Part shown: positions 1 to 9,641 of the stretch, in pieces
Position numbering within the stretch: the first letter of the stretch is position 1
How the letters are laid out: the number at the start of each line of letters is the position of its first letter
DNA from: a virus
Lineage: Duplodnaviria; Caudoviricetes
Reading direction: 5' to 3' (one strand)
DNA: 64,000 nucleotides
Virus record (IMG/VR): IMGVR_UViG_3300030330_006525
Span: 1 to 64,000 of that record
Program-made: the position numbers and the translations under genes
Notes under the pieces: model-generated
What the model saw: only the letters and a program-made list of their open reading frames with translations
Databases searched by the model: none
What the model was told of the DNA's origin: nothing

Positions 1-210
1 TTACCTAAAAATATCATCCCATTGGAATATGAAGCGTCTAAAGAACGACTATTCAAATGCTCAAAATCGCCAATATATATTGTATCAATATACTGAAGTA
101 GGTGTAAAGGTACTAATTTTATTGCTTTCCTAATTACAGGAACAGGGTTAAATCCTTCAATAGTGTCTTTTATGAAGACATCAATATTCTCAACTCTTGC
201 TCTTTTAAGT

Positions 211-507
211 TTATTTTGCTGATTCTTTATGTAGTTCTTCATTTTTTAGCTTTTCACCCACTTCCACATCAGTTAATGCTTGATGATAGCCTCTAATAAA
301 ATTTTCTTCTGCTAAAGCTAGCACTACCTCTGGGAAATCATTAGCCATGACTTCTATAACCATTTCTGTTGTTATTTCATTATTTTCTGGATTTAATTTA
401 TTACCAACGTATTCAATAATACTTTCTTTGAGAGGGTTTTCTTTCTCTAGTTTTTCATTTAAATTATTATTTTCTATCTCTTTTTTATCACTAAATTCAA
501 CTTTCAT
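211..507 (-). CDS. hypothetical phage protein
   Basis: 98-aa ORF directly downstream of phoH, preceded by an AGGAG RBS. Confidence 0.7.
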   Translation of the reverse strand: MKVEFSDKKEIENNNLNEKLEKENPLKESIIEYVGNKLNPENNEITTEMVIEVMANDFPEVVLALAEENFIRGYHQALTDVEVGEKLKNEELHKESAK

Positions 508-517
508 CTCTTCTCCT

Positions 518-1822
518 TTATAACAATTGTGCAGCGATTGTAGCTATCTTAGATCTCTCACCTTTCATAAGTGTTACATGACCAGATACATCTTGCTCTT
601 TCATTTTTTCAATAACATAACTCAAACCATTTGTTTTTGCATCAATATAGACATTATCAATTTGTTCAATATCTCCGGTTAAAACAATTTTTGAACCTTC
701 CCCCACTCTTGTTAAGACTGTCTTAATTTCATGTTGTGTCATATTTTGTACTTCATCAATAATAATATATGCATTAGAGATAGAGCGACCTCTGATAAAA
801 GTCATTGCTTCTATTTCAATTTGCCCTTTGGCCGTATACATATCCAAAGTCATTCTATCATCATTAAACAGGTATCTTAAGTTGTCTTGTATTGGCGCTA
901 GCCATGGTGCCATTTTCTCCTCTAGAGTACCGGGCAAAAACCCAATATCTTTTCCGACTGCTTCAACGGGCTTTGTAACAATAATTTTTTTATACGTATC
1001 ATTCTCGAAAACCTGCTCTAAACCTGCCGCTAGAGCCAACAGAGTCTTGCCTGTACCCGCTTTTCCGGCTAACGTAACCAAAGGTATGTCTGAATCTAAA
1101 AGGAGCTTAAAAGCCAGCAATTGCTCTTTATTTCTCGCTTTCAAGTTCCATGCTGATTTTTTGTTAGGTACAATCTTTAAAATATTATCTTGATTTATTG
1201 TTAAGGCTGTTCTTTTTTCATCTATCTCACTGACTAGTGTCAAAAATTGATTTGAATAAAGGGCTGGCATCACTTCTGGTAATTCTATCCATCCATTTTC
1301 ATACACTTGATTTATCAAATCATCGTCACATATATACTTTTTTTCTCCAGTGAATAGGTCTTCGACATCTTCAAAAACTTCCTCAACAACGTAATCTTCA
1401 GCTATCATACCCAGAGCTGCAGCTTTTACTCTCATGTTTATATCTTTCGATACAACAATTACTTTTCTTTTTGGAAATAGTTTTTGTTCTGTCAGAGCTG
1501 TTGCTAATATTTGATTATCTGGGTCTTCTAAGTCAAGGTCGTCCGGACAAGAGAAAGGGTCATATTTCTTAACGGTTAAAAGGCCGCGGCCCTTGCCCAT
1601 TCTTACTCCACGAAACAAATCACCATTACTTTTTATGTATTTGTCTAGAACACGGATAAATGATCTCGCATTTGCTCCAACCATATCTAAACGCTTTTTG
1701 TGTTTATCAATCTCATCCAAAACCTTTAGCGGAACTACAATATCATTGTTGCCGTATTTTAAATATGAGTGATAATCTGTGAGGTAGACACTAGTGTCTA
1801 AAATATAAGATTTTTTTGCCAA
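518..1822 (-). CDS. phoH: PhoH-family ATPase with N-terminal PIN domain (PhoH2-like)
   Basis: PIN motifs YILDTS, DNQIL, SKDINMRVKA; Walker A GKAGTGKT; PhoH motifs GFLPG, IRGRS, IIDEVQN, GDIEQID. Confidence 0.93.
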   Translation of the reverse strand: MAKKSYILDTSVYLTDYHSYLKYGNNDIVVPLKVLDEIDKHKKRLDMVGANARSFIRVLDKYIKSNGDLFRGVRMGKGRGLLTVKKYDPFSCPDDLDLEDPDNQILATALTEQKLFPKRKVIVVSKDINMRVKAAALGMIAEDYVVEEVFEDVEDLFTGEKKYICDDDLINQVYENGWIELPEVMPALYSNQFLTLVSEIDEKRTALTINQDNILKIVPNKKSAWNLKARNKEQLLAFKLLLDSDIPLVTLAGKAGTGKTLLALAAGLEQVFENDTYKKIIVTKPVEAVGKDIGFLPGTLEEKMAPWLAPIQDNLRYLFNDDRMTLDMYTAKGQIEIEAMTFIRGRSISNAYIIIDEVQNMTQHEIKTVLTRVGEGSKIVLTGDIEQIDNVYIDAKTNGLSYVIEKMKEQDVSGHVTLMKGERSKIATIAAQLL

Positions 1823-1846
1823 TCTAGAATCCTTTGTCTAGAATAA

Positions 1847-2047
1847 CTAGTTTTTAATTGATTTATTTTTTCTATTGATATCACATAAAACATGATTTAC
1901 ATCTTTGTCACAATCTAGTTTTTGTAAGTCTTCGATAGTTTTTTCATATTTATGTGAGGTATTTTCAAAATTAATTATTGGCTTTGGGTTCTCTACTACG
2001 AGAGTAGAAGCTGCTATAATAATAGAAAGTGGGTCCATAATTTTCAA
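1847..2047 (-). CDS. hypothetical protein
   Basis: 66-aa ORF with hydrophobic N-terminus. Confidence 0.5.
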   Translation of the reverse strand: MKIMDPLSIIIAASTLVVENPKPIINFENTSHKYEKTIEDLQKLDCDKDVNHVLCDINRKNKSIKN

Positions 2048-2100
2048 TCCTTTTTAAAATAAATTACTTTTCTAATATACTTATTATAGGACATGCCTAA

Positions 2101-2916
2101 ATGAATATAAAATTTAAAGTTTTTTTAATTTATTTTGTATTAGTCATTATGACTTCATGTACAATATCAACTTGCAACCACGCCCTCAAAAAAGATGTAA
2201 TTGATTATCCAACAACTGGGTTTGCTAAAATACACAAAGTTTTCAGTATTACAAAATGTCACGACAATCAAAGCTGCATGCCGGCAACTTTTGCAAATGT
2301 TGGGTCTGGTGCTTTTATCGCAGACTCAGAGACACACTCCTATGTTTTAACTGCAGGTCATGTTTGTATAACCGAAGTCACCAAAGAAACAATGCAAACA
2401 GTTGCTGAATTTACTGTAAAACTTTACGTTCAAAATTACACTGGAAAACTATACACTGCTGAAGTTATTCATGAAGATTACCGTCGCGATAAGAATGCTA
2501 ACGACCTTTGTCTTTTGAGACTGGAAAGAGTTAATCATATAAATGTTAAATTGGCTGCTGAAGACCCCACTGTTGGAGAAAAAGTATATGCAATGAGCAG
2601 TCCAGTTGGATTGTATCATCCTCCTGCTGTCCCTCTTTTAGAGGGTAGATATAGTGGAAAAATAGCAGAGTATAATAAAGCAGGACTAGTAACGATACCC
2701 GCAGTTGGCGGTAGTTCAGGCAGTGTTGTTTTAAATGCCGATATGCAAATTGTTGGCTTAATATATGCAGCGGCGCACGGTTTTGAAAATGCCAGTATTA
2801 TGGTTAGTTTAAATCAAATTATAAATTTTTTAGATGAAGGGTTGATTGGCCAATTAGATGAACATAGAAATATTTTTCATCCCTATCCTTGGATTAATCA
2901 TCCAACCACTTTTTAA
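2101..2916 (+). CDS. trypsin-like (S1) serine protease with signal/lipoprotein-like N-terminus
   Basis: Catalytic triad motifs LTAGHVC, DLCLL, GGSSGS; the only convincing plus-strand gene. Confidence 0.9.
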   Translation: MNIKFKVFLIYFVLVIMTSCTISTCNHALKKDVIDYPTTGFAKIHKVFSITKCHDNQSCMPATFANVGSGAFIADSETHSYVLTAGHVCITEVTKETMQTVAEFTVKLYVQNYTGKLYTAEVIHEDYRRDKNANDLCLLRLERVNHINVKLAAEDPTVGEKVYAMSSPVGLYHPPAVPLLEGRYSGKIAEYNKAGLVTIPAVGGSSGSVVLNADMQIVGLIYAAAHGFENASIMVSLNQIINFLDEGLIGQLDEHRNIFHPYPWINHPTTF

Positions 2917-3061
2917 TCTGATTATTTTTAAGATTCTTTATTGAATTGAGTCTGTTTGCAAAAGCAGGTTTTCCAGACTTTTCGGCTTGAATTATTTGCT
3001 TGTCTAACTCTATAATCTCTCTCTGCAATTGATGAATACTTTTTGTTCTTATTTTTTTCAT

Positions 3062-3382
3062 TTAAATATACTCCACATATAATCTGTATCTAAGAGCTAT
3101 AGCATCAACACCAGCACCGGGAGGAGAATATGATGGATGCCAGAAAACATTTTTAACTCTATCGTGTTCCATTAATTTAAGAATAGAATCAATCGATAGA
3201 ATTTCTATAGTTACCCTGTAACAATTTTTATCTCCCATCGAAACTTTTTTATGATTTTCCCAATTAATTCCATAAAATTCATCAACACCCTTATAAACTT
3301 CTTTAAGTATTTTTAAAGATTGGGCAGCAGTGGTCCTTTGTAAACGACGAGTAGTGCGCTTTTTTGTTGTTTTTTCTGTCAT
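3062..3382 (-). CDS. hypothetical protein
   Basis: 106-aa ORF. Confidence 0.65.
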   Translation of the reverse strand: MTEKTTKKRTTRRLQRTTAAQSLKILKEVYKGVDEFYGINWENHKKVSMGDKNCYRVTIEILSIDSILKLMEHDRVKNVFWHPSYSPPGAGVDAIALRYRLYVEYI

Positions 3383-3575
3383 TACTTAACTCTTTTAATT
3401 TGATTTATTTCCCAATCATGACCTAAAATAGATTTAATTTTATATGCTTCAGTTACAGCTTCTGAAAAAGTTAGTCTCAATATACTTTTGTTTTTTAGTT
3501 GGTTATTTTTTGAATGCTGTAAAAGTAAGTTGAATTCTTTCATGAAAGGGCCTCCATATATTTTGATTTTATTAT

Positions 3576-3794
3576 TTATTCATCTTTTTTTTCAGTAGAA
3601 TCTTTTTTCTTTTTCTTTTTTTTCTTTGCTTTCTTAAGCAATTCTTTACACTCATCCCAAGAGCTTTTCTTTTCTTCAACTTCTACAATATCTGTCCCTC
3701 CAACCGGAGGTGGTGGAGCAGCGCTAGCAATTGGAAAACATAAAATAACTAACAACCAGGGCAAGGAATGTCGTTGGTGTCGCATATTAAACAT
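3576..3794 (-). CDS. small secreted, Lys-rich protein (true start probably ~3764)
   Basis: Signal-like segment, PPPP, poly-K tail. Confidence 0.45.
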   Translation of the reverse strand: MFNMRHQRHSLPWLLVILCFPIASAAPPPPVGGTDIVEVEEKKSSWDECKELLKKAKKKKKKKKDSTEKKDE

Positions 3795-3988
3795 TTAACT
3801 TCATCTCCCTTTTCGTGTAAAGCTTCTTCCACTTGTTTTATTTCTTTTGATAATTCGGCTTGTTTGATTTCAACTTCATCTAAGCGATACTGTACAACTG
3901 ACCAAGTACCTATGATACCGGCGAGAGAGGCAACTATACCTATAACAGTTGCTAGTGTTTTGAGGTCGATTCTCACTCTTCGGCCCAA
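3749..3988 (-). CDS. membrane protein with one TM helix and a coiled coil
   Basis: TM helix followed by heptads and a Cys-containing tail. Confidence 0.6.
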   Translation of the reverse strand: MGRRVRIDLKTLATVIGIVASLAGIIGTWSVVQYRLDEVEIKQAELSKEIKQVEEALHEKGDEVKCLICDTNDIPCPGC

Positions 3989-4401
3989 TCCTTACATGCT
4001 TGTCCTTGTGGTGTATTTGATTTTGCTTTCGCACAGTTGTGTCTAGATTTAAAGCTTTTCTTTCTTTTTGTGTTTCCTGACTTACCTGTAACTCTCACGC
4101 CTTTTTGACCCCAGTGGATTCTCTTATATCCACCGCTATCACTTTTAACACATTTCATCCACTTCTTTCCTTTGCGCGTAGAAGAAGCTTTCTTTGTTGT
4201 TTTTGTACATTTAGAATTCTTTTCTTCTAATTCTTCTTCATCTAGCTTAACGCCGCGGCCCTTAAGTATATCAGCGCGGGTTACTTTGCCATCTCCCGTT
4301 AAATCAGGAAATGATTTTTTCTTCTTTTTCCGCTTTTTCTTTTTTTCTAAAACAAAAGCGACTTCTTCTTGAATAATATTTAATAAATCTTGTTTAGTCA
4401 T
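3973..4401 (-). CDS. basic phage protein with leader ending in E, an EF-hand-like DLTGDGKVT motif and a KRIHWGQ..SFKSRHNC module
   Basis: Motifs seen in translation; module recurrent in large phages. Confidence 0.7.
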   Translation of the reverse strand: MTKQDLLNIIQEEVAFVLEKKKKRKKKKKSFPDLTGDGKVTRADILKGRGVKLDEEELEEKNSKCTKTTKKASSTRKGKKWMKCVKSDSGGYKRIHWGQKGVRVTGKSGNTKRKKSFKSRHNCAKAKSNTPQGQACKDWAEE

Positions 4402-4407
4402 TTTTAG

Positions 4408-4728
4408 TTATCCCTTTTTACCGGCTTTAGATTTCTTGCCAGATTTCTTTGATGTACCACAATCAGATGGCGTTGGTCTACAATGTGGATATTTTGCTCT
4501 CTTCTCCCCTGTTTTTCTTCCGCAAGACTTACAGGTTTTACGACCGCCTTTTCCTTTCTTACAAGTATTACAATCTACCCAACCTTTTGATTTTCCTTTT
4601 CCGCCTCTTCTGGAAAACCAACCGTGAAGTCCCGATTTCTTTTCTTTAGAAAAATTAGTTTTCTTTTTCTTCTCCAGCGCAAGTAAAGTTTCTTCTTCAA
4701 CAATTTTTAAAATTTCATCAATAGTCAT
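4408..4728 (-). CDS. basic Cys-containing phage protein (GLHGWF..WVDC..KYPHCRP)
   Basis: Motifs in translation; MTIDEILKIVEEE leader. Confidence 0.7.
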   Translation of the reverse strand: MTIDEILKIVEEETLLALEKKKKTNFSKEKKSGLHGWFSRRGGKGKSKGWVDCNTCKKGKGGRKTCKSCGRKTGEKRAKYPHCRPTPSDCGTSKKSGKKSKAGKKG

Positions 4729-5138
4729 TGTTTACCCCTCTCCTGCCAGTCTAAAGAAATTTTGTCACTAGTTATTGGTCCACCCTTTGCCCAAGTTCGA
4801 CACGCCCGGGCTGAATGGCATTTAAAATGATGCATCCAACAATACCCAAGACGGCCATCCTTATCTGATGTTGTACCTGGCATGCATTTGTCCATTCTTG
4901 GAGATATATCAAAAGCTATACAGTTTGAACAAAGTGATTTCTTTGCTGCTTTTTCAGAAGTTCTCCAATACTCTGCAATGTCTTTCCAGTAATCGCCGGG
5001 TTCATCAACATTTAACGGACCATATTGTATGTGTTCCGCATGAATTGCAGCATCCCTATTCTTAGTATTTAATTTAAGATCTTGGGTTGCTTTTGGGCAT
5101 TTATGCCTTTGGCTACTAATAATCTTTAACTTAATCAT
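4725..5138 (-). CDS. Cys/His-rich conserved phage protein
   Basis: CPKATQD..CSNC..GYCWMHHFKC..CRTW; overlaps both neighbours. Confidence 0.75.
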   Translation of the reverse strand: MIKLKIISSQRHKCPKATQDLKLNTKNRDAAIHAEHIQYGPLNVDEPGDYWKDIAEYWRTSEKAAKKSLCSNCIAFDISPRMDKCMPGTTSDKDGRLGYCWMHHFKCHSARACRTWAKGGPITSDKISLDWQERGKQ

Positions 5139-5604
5139 TTTTCATCCTCTGGGTCTTTCTTTTTGAGGCCTCTTTCCTACTTTCTGCATAATCTAAAGCT
5201 TTTTTAAGTCTAGCTTTTACCTTTGGGTCTTTAGCATTTTTATATGCAGCTCGAACTCTTTGATGCACTAAATTAATTATCTGAGATTGCCTCTTGTGGG
5301 ACTTATTTTTGAAACTAGATTTTGAAAAAGTATCCCTAATATCTGAAACTGAACTAAACTTAACACTTACTGTGTCACTTGGATTTTCATCTGTATATAA
5401 TCTTCTTCCAGAGCCTTTTGGCTTTTTGCCTGTCCCTGTCTTAGGGTCATTACCTTCTTCTGCTTTTATACAATTTCTATATGTTTTCCCATACATCTTT
5501 TTTGTTTTTCGTGTAGGATGAGTTTTATATCCTTTTTGACATCTCTCATACAGCACAGCTTCAGCTTCTTCTATGAGAATTTGTAAAAACTTTTCATCAT
5601 TCAT
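5131..5604 (-). CDS. basic phage protein (CQKGY..RNC and GKKPKGSGRRLYTDENP modules)
   Basis: Motifs in translation; leader ends ILIEE. Confidence 0.75.
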   Translation of the reverse strand: MNDEKFLQILIEEAEAVLYERCQKGYKTHPTRKTKKMYGKTYRNCIKAEEGNDPKTGTGKKPKGSGRRLYTDENPSDTVSVKFSSVSDIRDTFSKSSFKNKSHKRQSQIINLVHQRVRAAYKNAKDPKVKARLKKALDYAESRKEASKRKTQRMKND

Positions 5605-6137
5605 TTTTTCTTACTCTTGTTTCCCCAGTTCTTCGCGCCAACTTTACGACACCTTACTAAAGCACCAGAAGCATACGCAGAGGGCCATACTTTATATCGC
5701 CTCTTAACTTTGTGATAACAGGCATCTTGCTTTTTCTTCTTCTTCTTCTTTTTTCGCTTTTCTTCTAAGTTGTCTTCTTTGGCTACCAAAGAACCAGAGC
5801 TAACTTTTTCAATTGCTATTTTGATTGATTCATCATCAGGAAAAAACTTTTTTGCTGTTGGAATTTCTTTGCCATCAGGGTCAAGAACATCATCATAGAA
5901 TACAAATTCTCCTCCTACTGTTTTTTGTACAGCAGCCTTTTTAACATCCAACAAACCTTGTAATTGTTTTAGCAACTTGAGTCGAGGAGAATCTTCAGAG
6001 GAACTTTCACCAGGCATTGTATCTGCTCTAGCAATATCGTCGCCAGTTCTCATTGGAGCTGGAATTGTGTCAATAGTTGTATCTTTTGTAATTTCTGTTT
6101 GAAATTTTCTCCAATTTTCCATTATTAGTTTCATCAT
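5601..6137 (-). CDS. phage protein with MKLIMENWRKF leader and C-terminal DACYHKVK..WPSAYASG module
   Basis: Motifs in translation. Confidence 0.75.
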   Translation of the reverse strand: MMKLIMENWRKFQTEITKDTTIDTIPAPMRTGDDIARADTMPGESSSEDSPRLKLLKQLQGLLDVKKAAVQKTVGGEFVFYDDVLDPDGKEIPTAKKFFPDDESIKIAIEKVSSGSLVAKEDNLEEKRKKKKKKKKQDACYHKVKRRYKVWPSAYASGALVRCRKVGAKNWGNKSKKK

Positions 6138-6138
6138 A

Positions 6139-6594
6139 TTAAGCCTCTTTTATTGTTCCACTTACAGAAAATGGGTTAAGCGGTTTTATTTCAGCGGAAG
6201 CCAATAATTTATTTGAATCGTTTGGCTTTCCAGTTGGTGATACAGCTATCGTTATATGTGGTATATTTTGCTTATTCGGCAAACCGGTCTTAACAGTAAC
6301 AGTCAAAACTTTATCATTTATTGCATATCCAGTTACCATCACTTCATCTTTTTGATTTAAATATTGGGCTGGATATCTAATAGATGGGCCATGAACCAGA
6401 GTCATGTGGTGAGGAAGGTTCTTATTTCTCTTAACGTCTTCCCACTCTTTTGGTATATTGACTCCCTGTGCTGAAAGTTGTTGTACTAGAGATTCTGGGT
6501 TGTCCAACATTAAACCAACATAGTTTATGCCAGTGCCTTTCATATCATAGCTTTCTGATATAAATTTTCTCCAGTTTTCCATTATTAACTTCAT
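6139..6594 (-). CDS. 2H phosphoesterase with MKLIMENWRKFISE leader
   Basis: Two HxT motifs (HHMTL, PHITI) followed by a G.KP..SN segment, as in tRNA-ligase-type cyclic phosphodiesterases. Confidence 0.8.
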   Translation of the reverse strand: MKLIMENWRKFISESYDMKGTGINYVGLMLDNPESLVQQLSAQGVNIPKEWEDVKRNKNLPHHMTLVHGPSIRYPAQYLNQKDEVMVTGYAINDKVLTVTVKTGLPNKQNIPHITIAVSPTGKPNDSNKLLASAEIKPLNPFSVSGTIKEA

Positions 6595-7217
6595 GCTTTT
6601 TCTTCCCTATATACGTCTTCTGAATTTAGGAGCGTATAAGTAAAACTGTTACTCCAAGTATCTGCAGCGATATCACAAAGATCCATAAACTCATAAAAAT
6701 CTTTACTACTTCGAAAGACTTGGCAACCAGCACTGACGCCTCCCGTATCTTCTCTCGTATCAGACCCCACATGCTTGTGAATGTTGATACCGTACCACCC
6801 CTCATCTTCCTCTCCTTTGTAATCAGGTTTTGAATCCCTGTTATCATCTCTCCAGACTTTAACTTTAGCGCCCCTCTGAATTAAGGCTGTATATGTTTTG
6901 TGAGTACCAATCCTATAAGCTCCGCGATACTGGTCTGGAATTAGTATTGCTGTACCTTTGCTGTTAATTGGTCTTTTTAAAATTTTATGACCAGGCTCAG
7001 TGGTAATTTCATATGAATGAACCATCCATTTACCATTATTCTTGTAAAGAACAACCATATTATCATCAAACCGGTCTGCTCTTCCAGAAGCGTTTCTAAT
7101 ACCAATAATGTTTAGATTATAATCACCTTCTTCAAAAAAAGCATAGCCTTTATCTTCCATGACTTTTTTCATAGTATTCTTTGTGATTGTAGCGAGTTGT
7201 CCTTCTAAAATTCCCAT
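6591..7217 (-). CDS. putative peptidoglycan-active enzyme (L,D-transpeptidase-like fold), possible endolysin
   Basis: GINIH...SAGCQV His/Cys motif. Confidence 0.65.
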   Translation of the reverse strand: MGILEGQLATITKNTMKKVMEDKGYAFFEEGDYNLNIIGIRNASGRADRFDDNMVVLYKNNGKWMVHSYEITTEPGHKILKRPINSKGTAILIPDQYRGAYRIGTHKTYTALIQRGAKVKVWRDDNRDSKPDYKGEEDEGWYGINIHKHVGSDTREDTGGVSAGCQVFRSSKDFYEFMDLCDIAADTWSNSFTYTLLNSEDVYREEKA

Positions 7218-7239
7218 ACTTTAAATAGTATTAGGAGTT

Positions 7240-7509
7240 TTATTCTTCCGATTGTTCTTCAGCTTCTCTTTGTTGTCTGTTTTTATAGTATGGTCTAGAA
7301 AAGTATAATGCTAGCAGGCCATCAGTTGTAGCTGGTATTGTGCTTATTTCTTCATCTGCTATCAAAGCTTCTTGAGCTTCTTTCAGCAGTCTTTTTTTTA
7401 CGTTATTGATTTTACCATTTAGTGCTAATTGCGACCACTCTTCAATACTCAATAACTCATGTTGCAATACTTTATAATCAAATTCTGTTAAAGTTATTTT
7501 TATTTCCAT
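7240..7509 (-). CDS. hypothetical protein, probably tail-fibre associated
   Basis: Directly downstream of fibre-like gene; GGAG RBS. Confidence 0.6.
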   Translation of the reverse strand: MEIKITLTEFDYKVLQHELLSIEEWSQLALNGKINNVKKRLLKEAQEALIADEEISTIPATTDGLLALYFSRPYYKNRQQREAEEQSEE

Positions 7510-7527
7510 TTTATCTCCTTACGTTGA

Positions 7528-8895
7528 TTACGTTGCCTTATAACCACTAAAGTGTGCTTGGTTTGAGTTTTCCCTCCCTCTAACTTTTAGATTAGTTGTG
7601 GATCCATTCTTTTGCTGAACTATAACTTTTGCGGTATCGTTTTTATCCATATTAATAATAGCAGTTCCAGAAAAAGAAAAATATAAAGCGTCTCCAGCAA
7701 AAACAGTCGGATCAACTATTCCTATTCTATAAGTTCTATTAGATGTAATAATGTCAACTAATATATGGTCTGCAGCATTATCCAAATTCAAAAGGTATAC
7801 CATAGTACTTAAAACATATTTTCCACCAATTGGTGCAGTAAAAAGACCTGTGCTAGTATCATAGTTACTATCAACATCAAATTTTTCTTGATCCCAAATA
7901 ATTGTTTGGTTAACTTCTGAACCCCCATTCATAGCTGTATCACCATCTAAATAGACGTGAAAAGCGGGCTGTCTAGGTAGTGATACAGAACCGGGAGAAG
8001 CTAATCTCATAGTTTCAAGAGGGGGCTCAGCAGCAGTAGATGCTTTCGTGTAAAATACTAAATCGCCAACGCCGGCGGAGCCTGAATCATGGTGAACAAT
8101 AGCACTACCGCCATAAGTATCGGCTGTAGTTGTTAGCAATATTCCAGCTGTGTCATTAGTGCTATGATGACCCTCAATGACTACTTGATAATTATCCCAG
8201 TTTCCCAAATCACTAGGGGCTCCTAAATGATTTGTAACATGTAACTTTGCGCCAGGGGTTGTCGTCCCAACACCAACGTACTGATCTGGCATTAAAAGAA
8301 CATCTTGGTCTGCATGTATTTCTAAATCTTCAGGATTATCTGTGTTTGCTGCGATATAACTATCTATAGAATCAAATATAATTTTTGACTGGTCCTTCAT
8401 GTGCAAAGCCTGTAGTCCGCCATCAAAAGTAGCATAGTTAGTTGAGCCGACATATATATTTACATCATTATCAGGAAACAAGTCTAAGTTGTAGTCTGCA
8501 TGTATTTCTAAATCTTCAGGAGATTCTGCGCTAGCTGCAATATAAGTATTTGTAGAATCGCCATCAAATGCTATTTTTGCTTCATTACGCAACTTTAAGG
8601 CTTTTTCTACGCCATCGAAGGTAGTCCATGCACTGGTTTCTGTTCCATGGAAAATGTGTACATCATCATTTGGCATCAATCTAATATCATCTTTAGCATA
8701 TATATCCATATCTCCATTACTAGTGATTTCAATTGAACCGGTCATAGATGTATTATTGATATTGTAAATATAAAATTTTCCAACAAGGTACAAATGTTCT
8801 TGAATACCTTCTGGCCAATTAATTTTAGTTGGGGATATTCCTTGAGATGCTTGTTGTTGTAGTAGTATTAATGCTTCTTCTAAAAAACCAGGCAT
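7528..8895 (-). CDS. tail fibre/spike-like protein with internal repeats and C-terminal C1q-like domain
   Basis: VGVGTTTPGAKLHV fibre motif; PAF..YDTSTGLFTAPIGGKY..FSG C1q signature. Confidence 0.75.
   Translation of the reverse strand: MPGFLEEALILLQQQASQGISPTKINWPEGIQEHLYLVGKFYIYNINNTSMTGSIEITSNGDMDIYAKDDIRLMPNDDVHIFHGTETSAWTTFDGVEKALKLRNEAKIAFDGDSTNTYIAASAESPEDLEIHADYNLDLFPDNDVNIYVGSTNYATFDGGLQALHMKDQSKIIFDSIDSYIAANTDNPEDLEIHADQDVLLMPDQYVGVGTTTPGAKLHVTNHLGAPSDLGNWDNYQVVIEGHHSTNDTAGILLTTTADTYGGSAIVHHDSGSAGVGDLVFYTKASTAAEPPLETMRLASPGSVSLPRQPAFHVYLDGDTAMNGGSEVNQTIIWDQEKFDVDSNYDTSTGLFTAPIGGKYVLSTMVYLLNLDNAADHILVDIITSNRTYRIGIVDPTVFAGDALYFSFSGTAIINMDKNDTAKVIVQQKNGSTTNLKVRGRENSNQAHFSGYKAT
8308..8521. 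repeat. 28-bp exact direct repeat (8308-8335, 8494-8521) encoding PEDLEIHAD
   Basis: gtctgcatgtatttctaaatcttcagga occurs twice, 186 bp apart. Confidence 0.9.
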
Positions 8896-8902
8896 ACTTT
8901 AA

Positions 8903-9283
8903 TTAGTGTTTTTTATTTTTATAGTCTTCAATTGCTGCTCTAATTGCATCTTCTGCCAAAACAGAGCAATGAATTTTAACAGGGGGGAGGGAAAGATGCT
9001 CTGCTATATCTTTATTTTTAATTTTGCCTGCTTCTTCTAAAGACCTGCCTTTTATCCACTCCGTGACTAAAGAAGAGGAAGCTATTGCGGAGCCACAGCC
9101 ATATGTTTTAAACTTTGCGTCTTCTATAACACCTTTGTCATTGACTTTTATTTGCAAGCGCATCACATCTCCGCATGCAGGGGCGCCTACTAAACCAGTG
9201 CCTGTATTTGGGTCATCTTTATCCATAGACCCAACATTTCTAGGATTTTCATAATGATCAATTACTTTATCTGAATATGCCAT
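8903..9283 (-). CDS. iscU: Fe-S cluster scaffold IscU
   Basis: YSDKVIDHYENPRNVG, GAPACGD, GCGSAIASSS, LPPVKIHC. Confidence 0.97.
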   Translation of the reverse strand: MAYSDKVIDHYENPRNVGSMDKDDPNTGTGLVGAPACGDVMRLQIKVNDKGVIEDAKFKTYGCGSAIASSSLVTEWIKGRSLEEAGKIKNKDIAEHLSLPPVKIHCSVLAEDAIRAAIEDYKNKKH

Positions 9284-9286
9284 AAT

Positions 9287-9601
9287 TTATACCGAAAAAC
9301 TTTCTCCACAGCCACAGGTCCTTCTTGCGTTTGGATTTTCAAATTTAAAACCTGATTGATTTAATTCATCTATAAAATCAATTTGTGTTCCCATTAAATA
9401 CAAAAAACTTTTAGGGTCCACATATATATTAACACCTTTATCTTCTACAATTCTATCTTTGTCTCTTGGATTAGAAAAGCCTAAAGTGTAAGTAAACCCA
9501 GAACAACCGCCTCCCTGTACGCCCGCTCTAATTCCACTCTCTTCTTTATTTTGAAGTAAATTTTTAATTTTATTTGCTGCTGAATCTGTTAATGTTATCA
9601 T
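9287..9601 (-). CDS. iscA: A-type Fe-S carrier IscA
   Basis: GGGCSG..Y; NPNA..TCGCGESF. Confidence 0.96.
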   Translation of the reverse strand: MITLTDSAANKIKNLLQNKEESGIRAGVQGGGCSGFTYTLGFSNPRDKDRIVEDKGVNIYVDPKSFLYLMGTQIDFIDELNQSGFKFENPNARRTCGCGESFSV

Positions 9602-9607
9602 GATTTA

Positions 9608-9636
9608 ATTATAACAAAGAATAATTAAATTGTCAA
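9608..9636 (-). promoter_or_regulatory. sigma70-type promoter of iscA-iscU (likely leaderless)
   Basis: TTGACA-17 bp-TATAAT perfect consensus; -10 ends 6 nt before the ATG. Confidence 0.85.
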
Positions 9637-9641
9637 GTTTG

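Noticed and set aside
8308-8521. Diversity-generating retroelement TR/VR pair
   Set aside because: In-frame intragenic repeat without an adenine-specific mismatch pattern; no reverse transcriptase in the window
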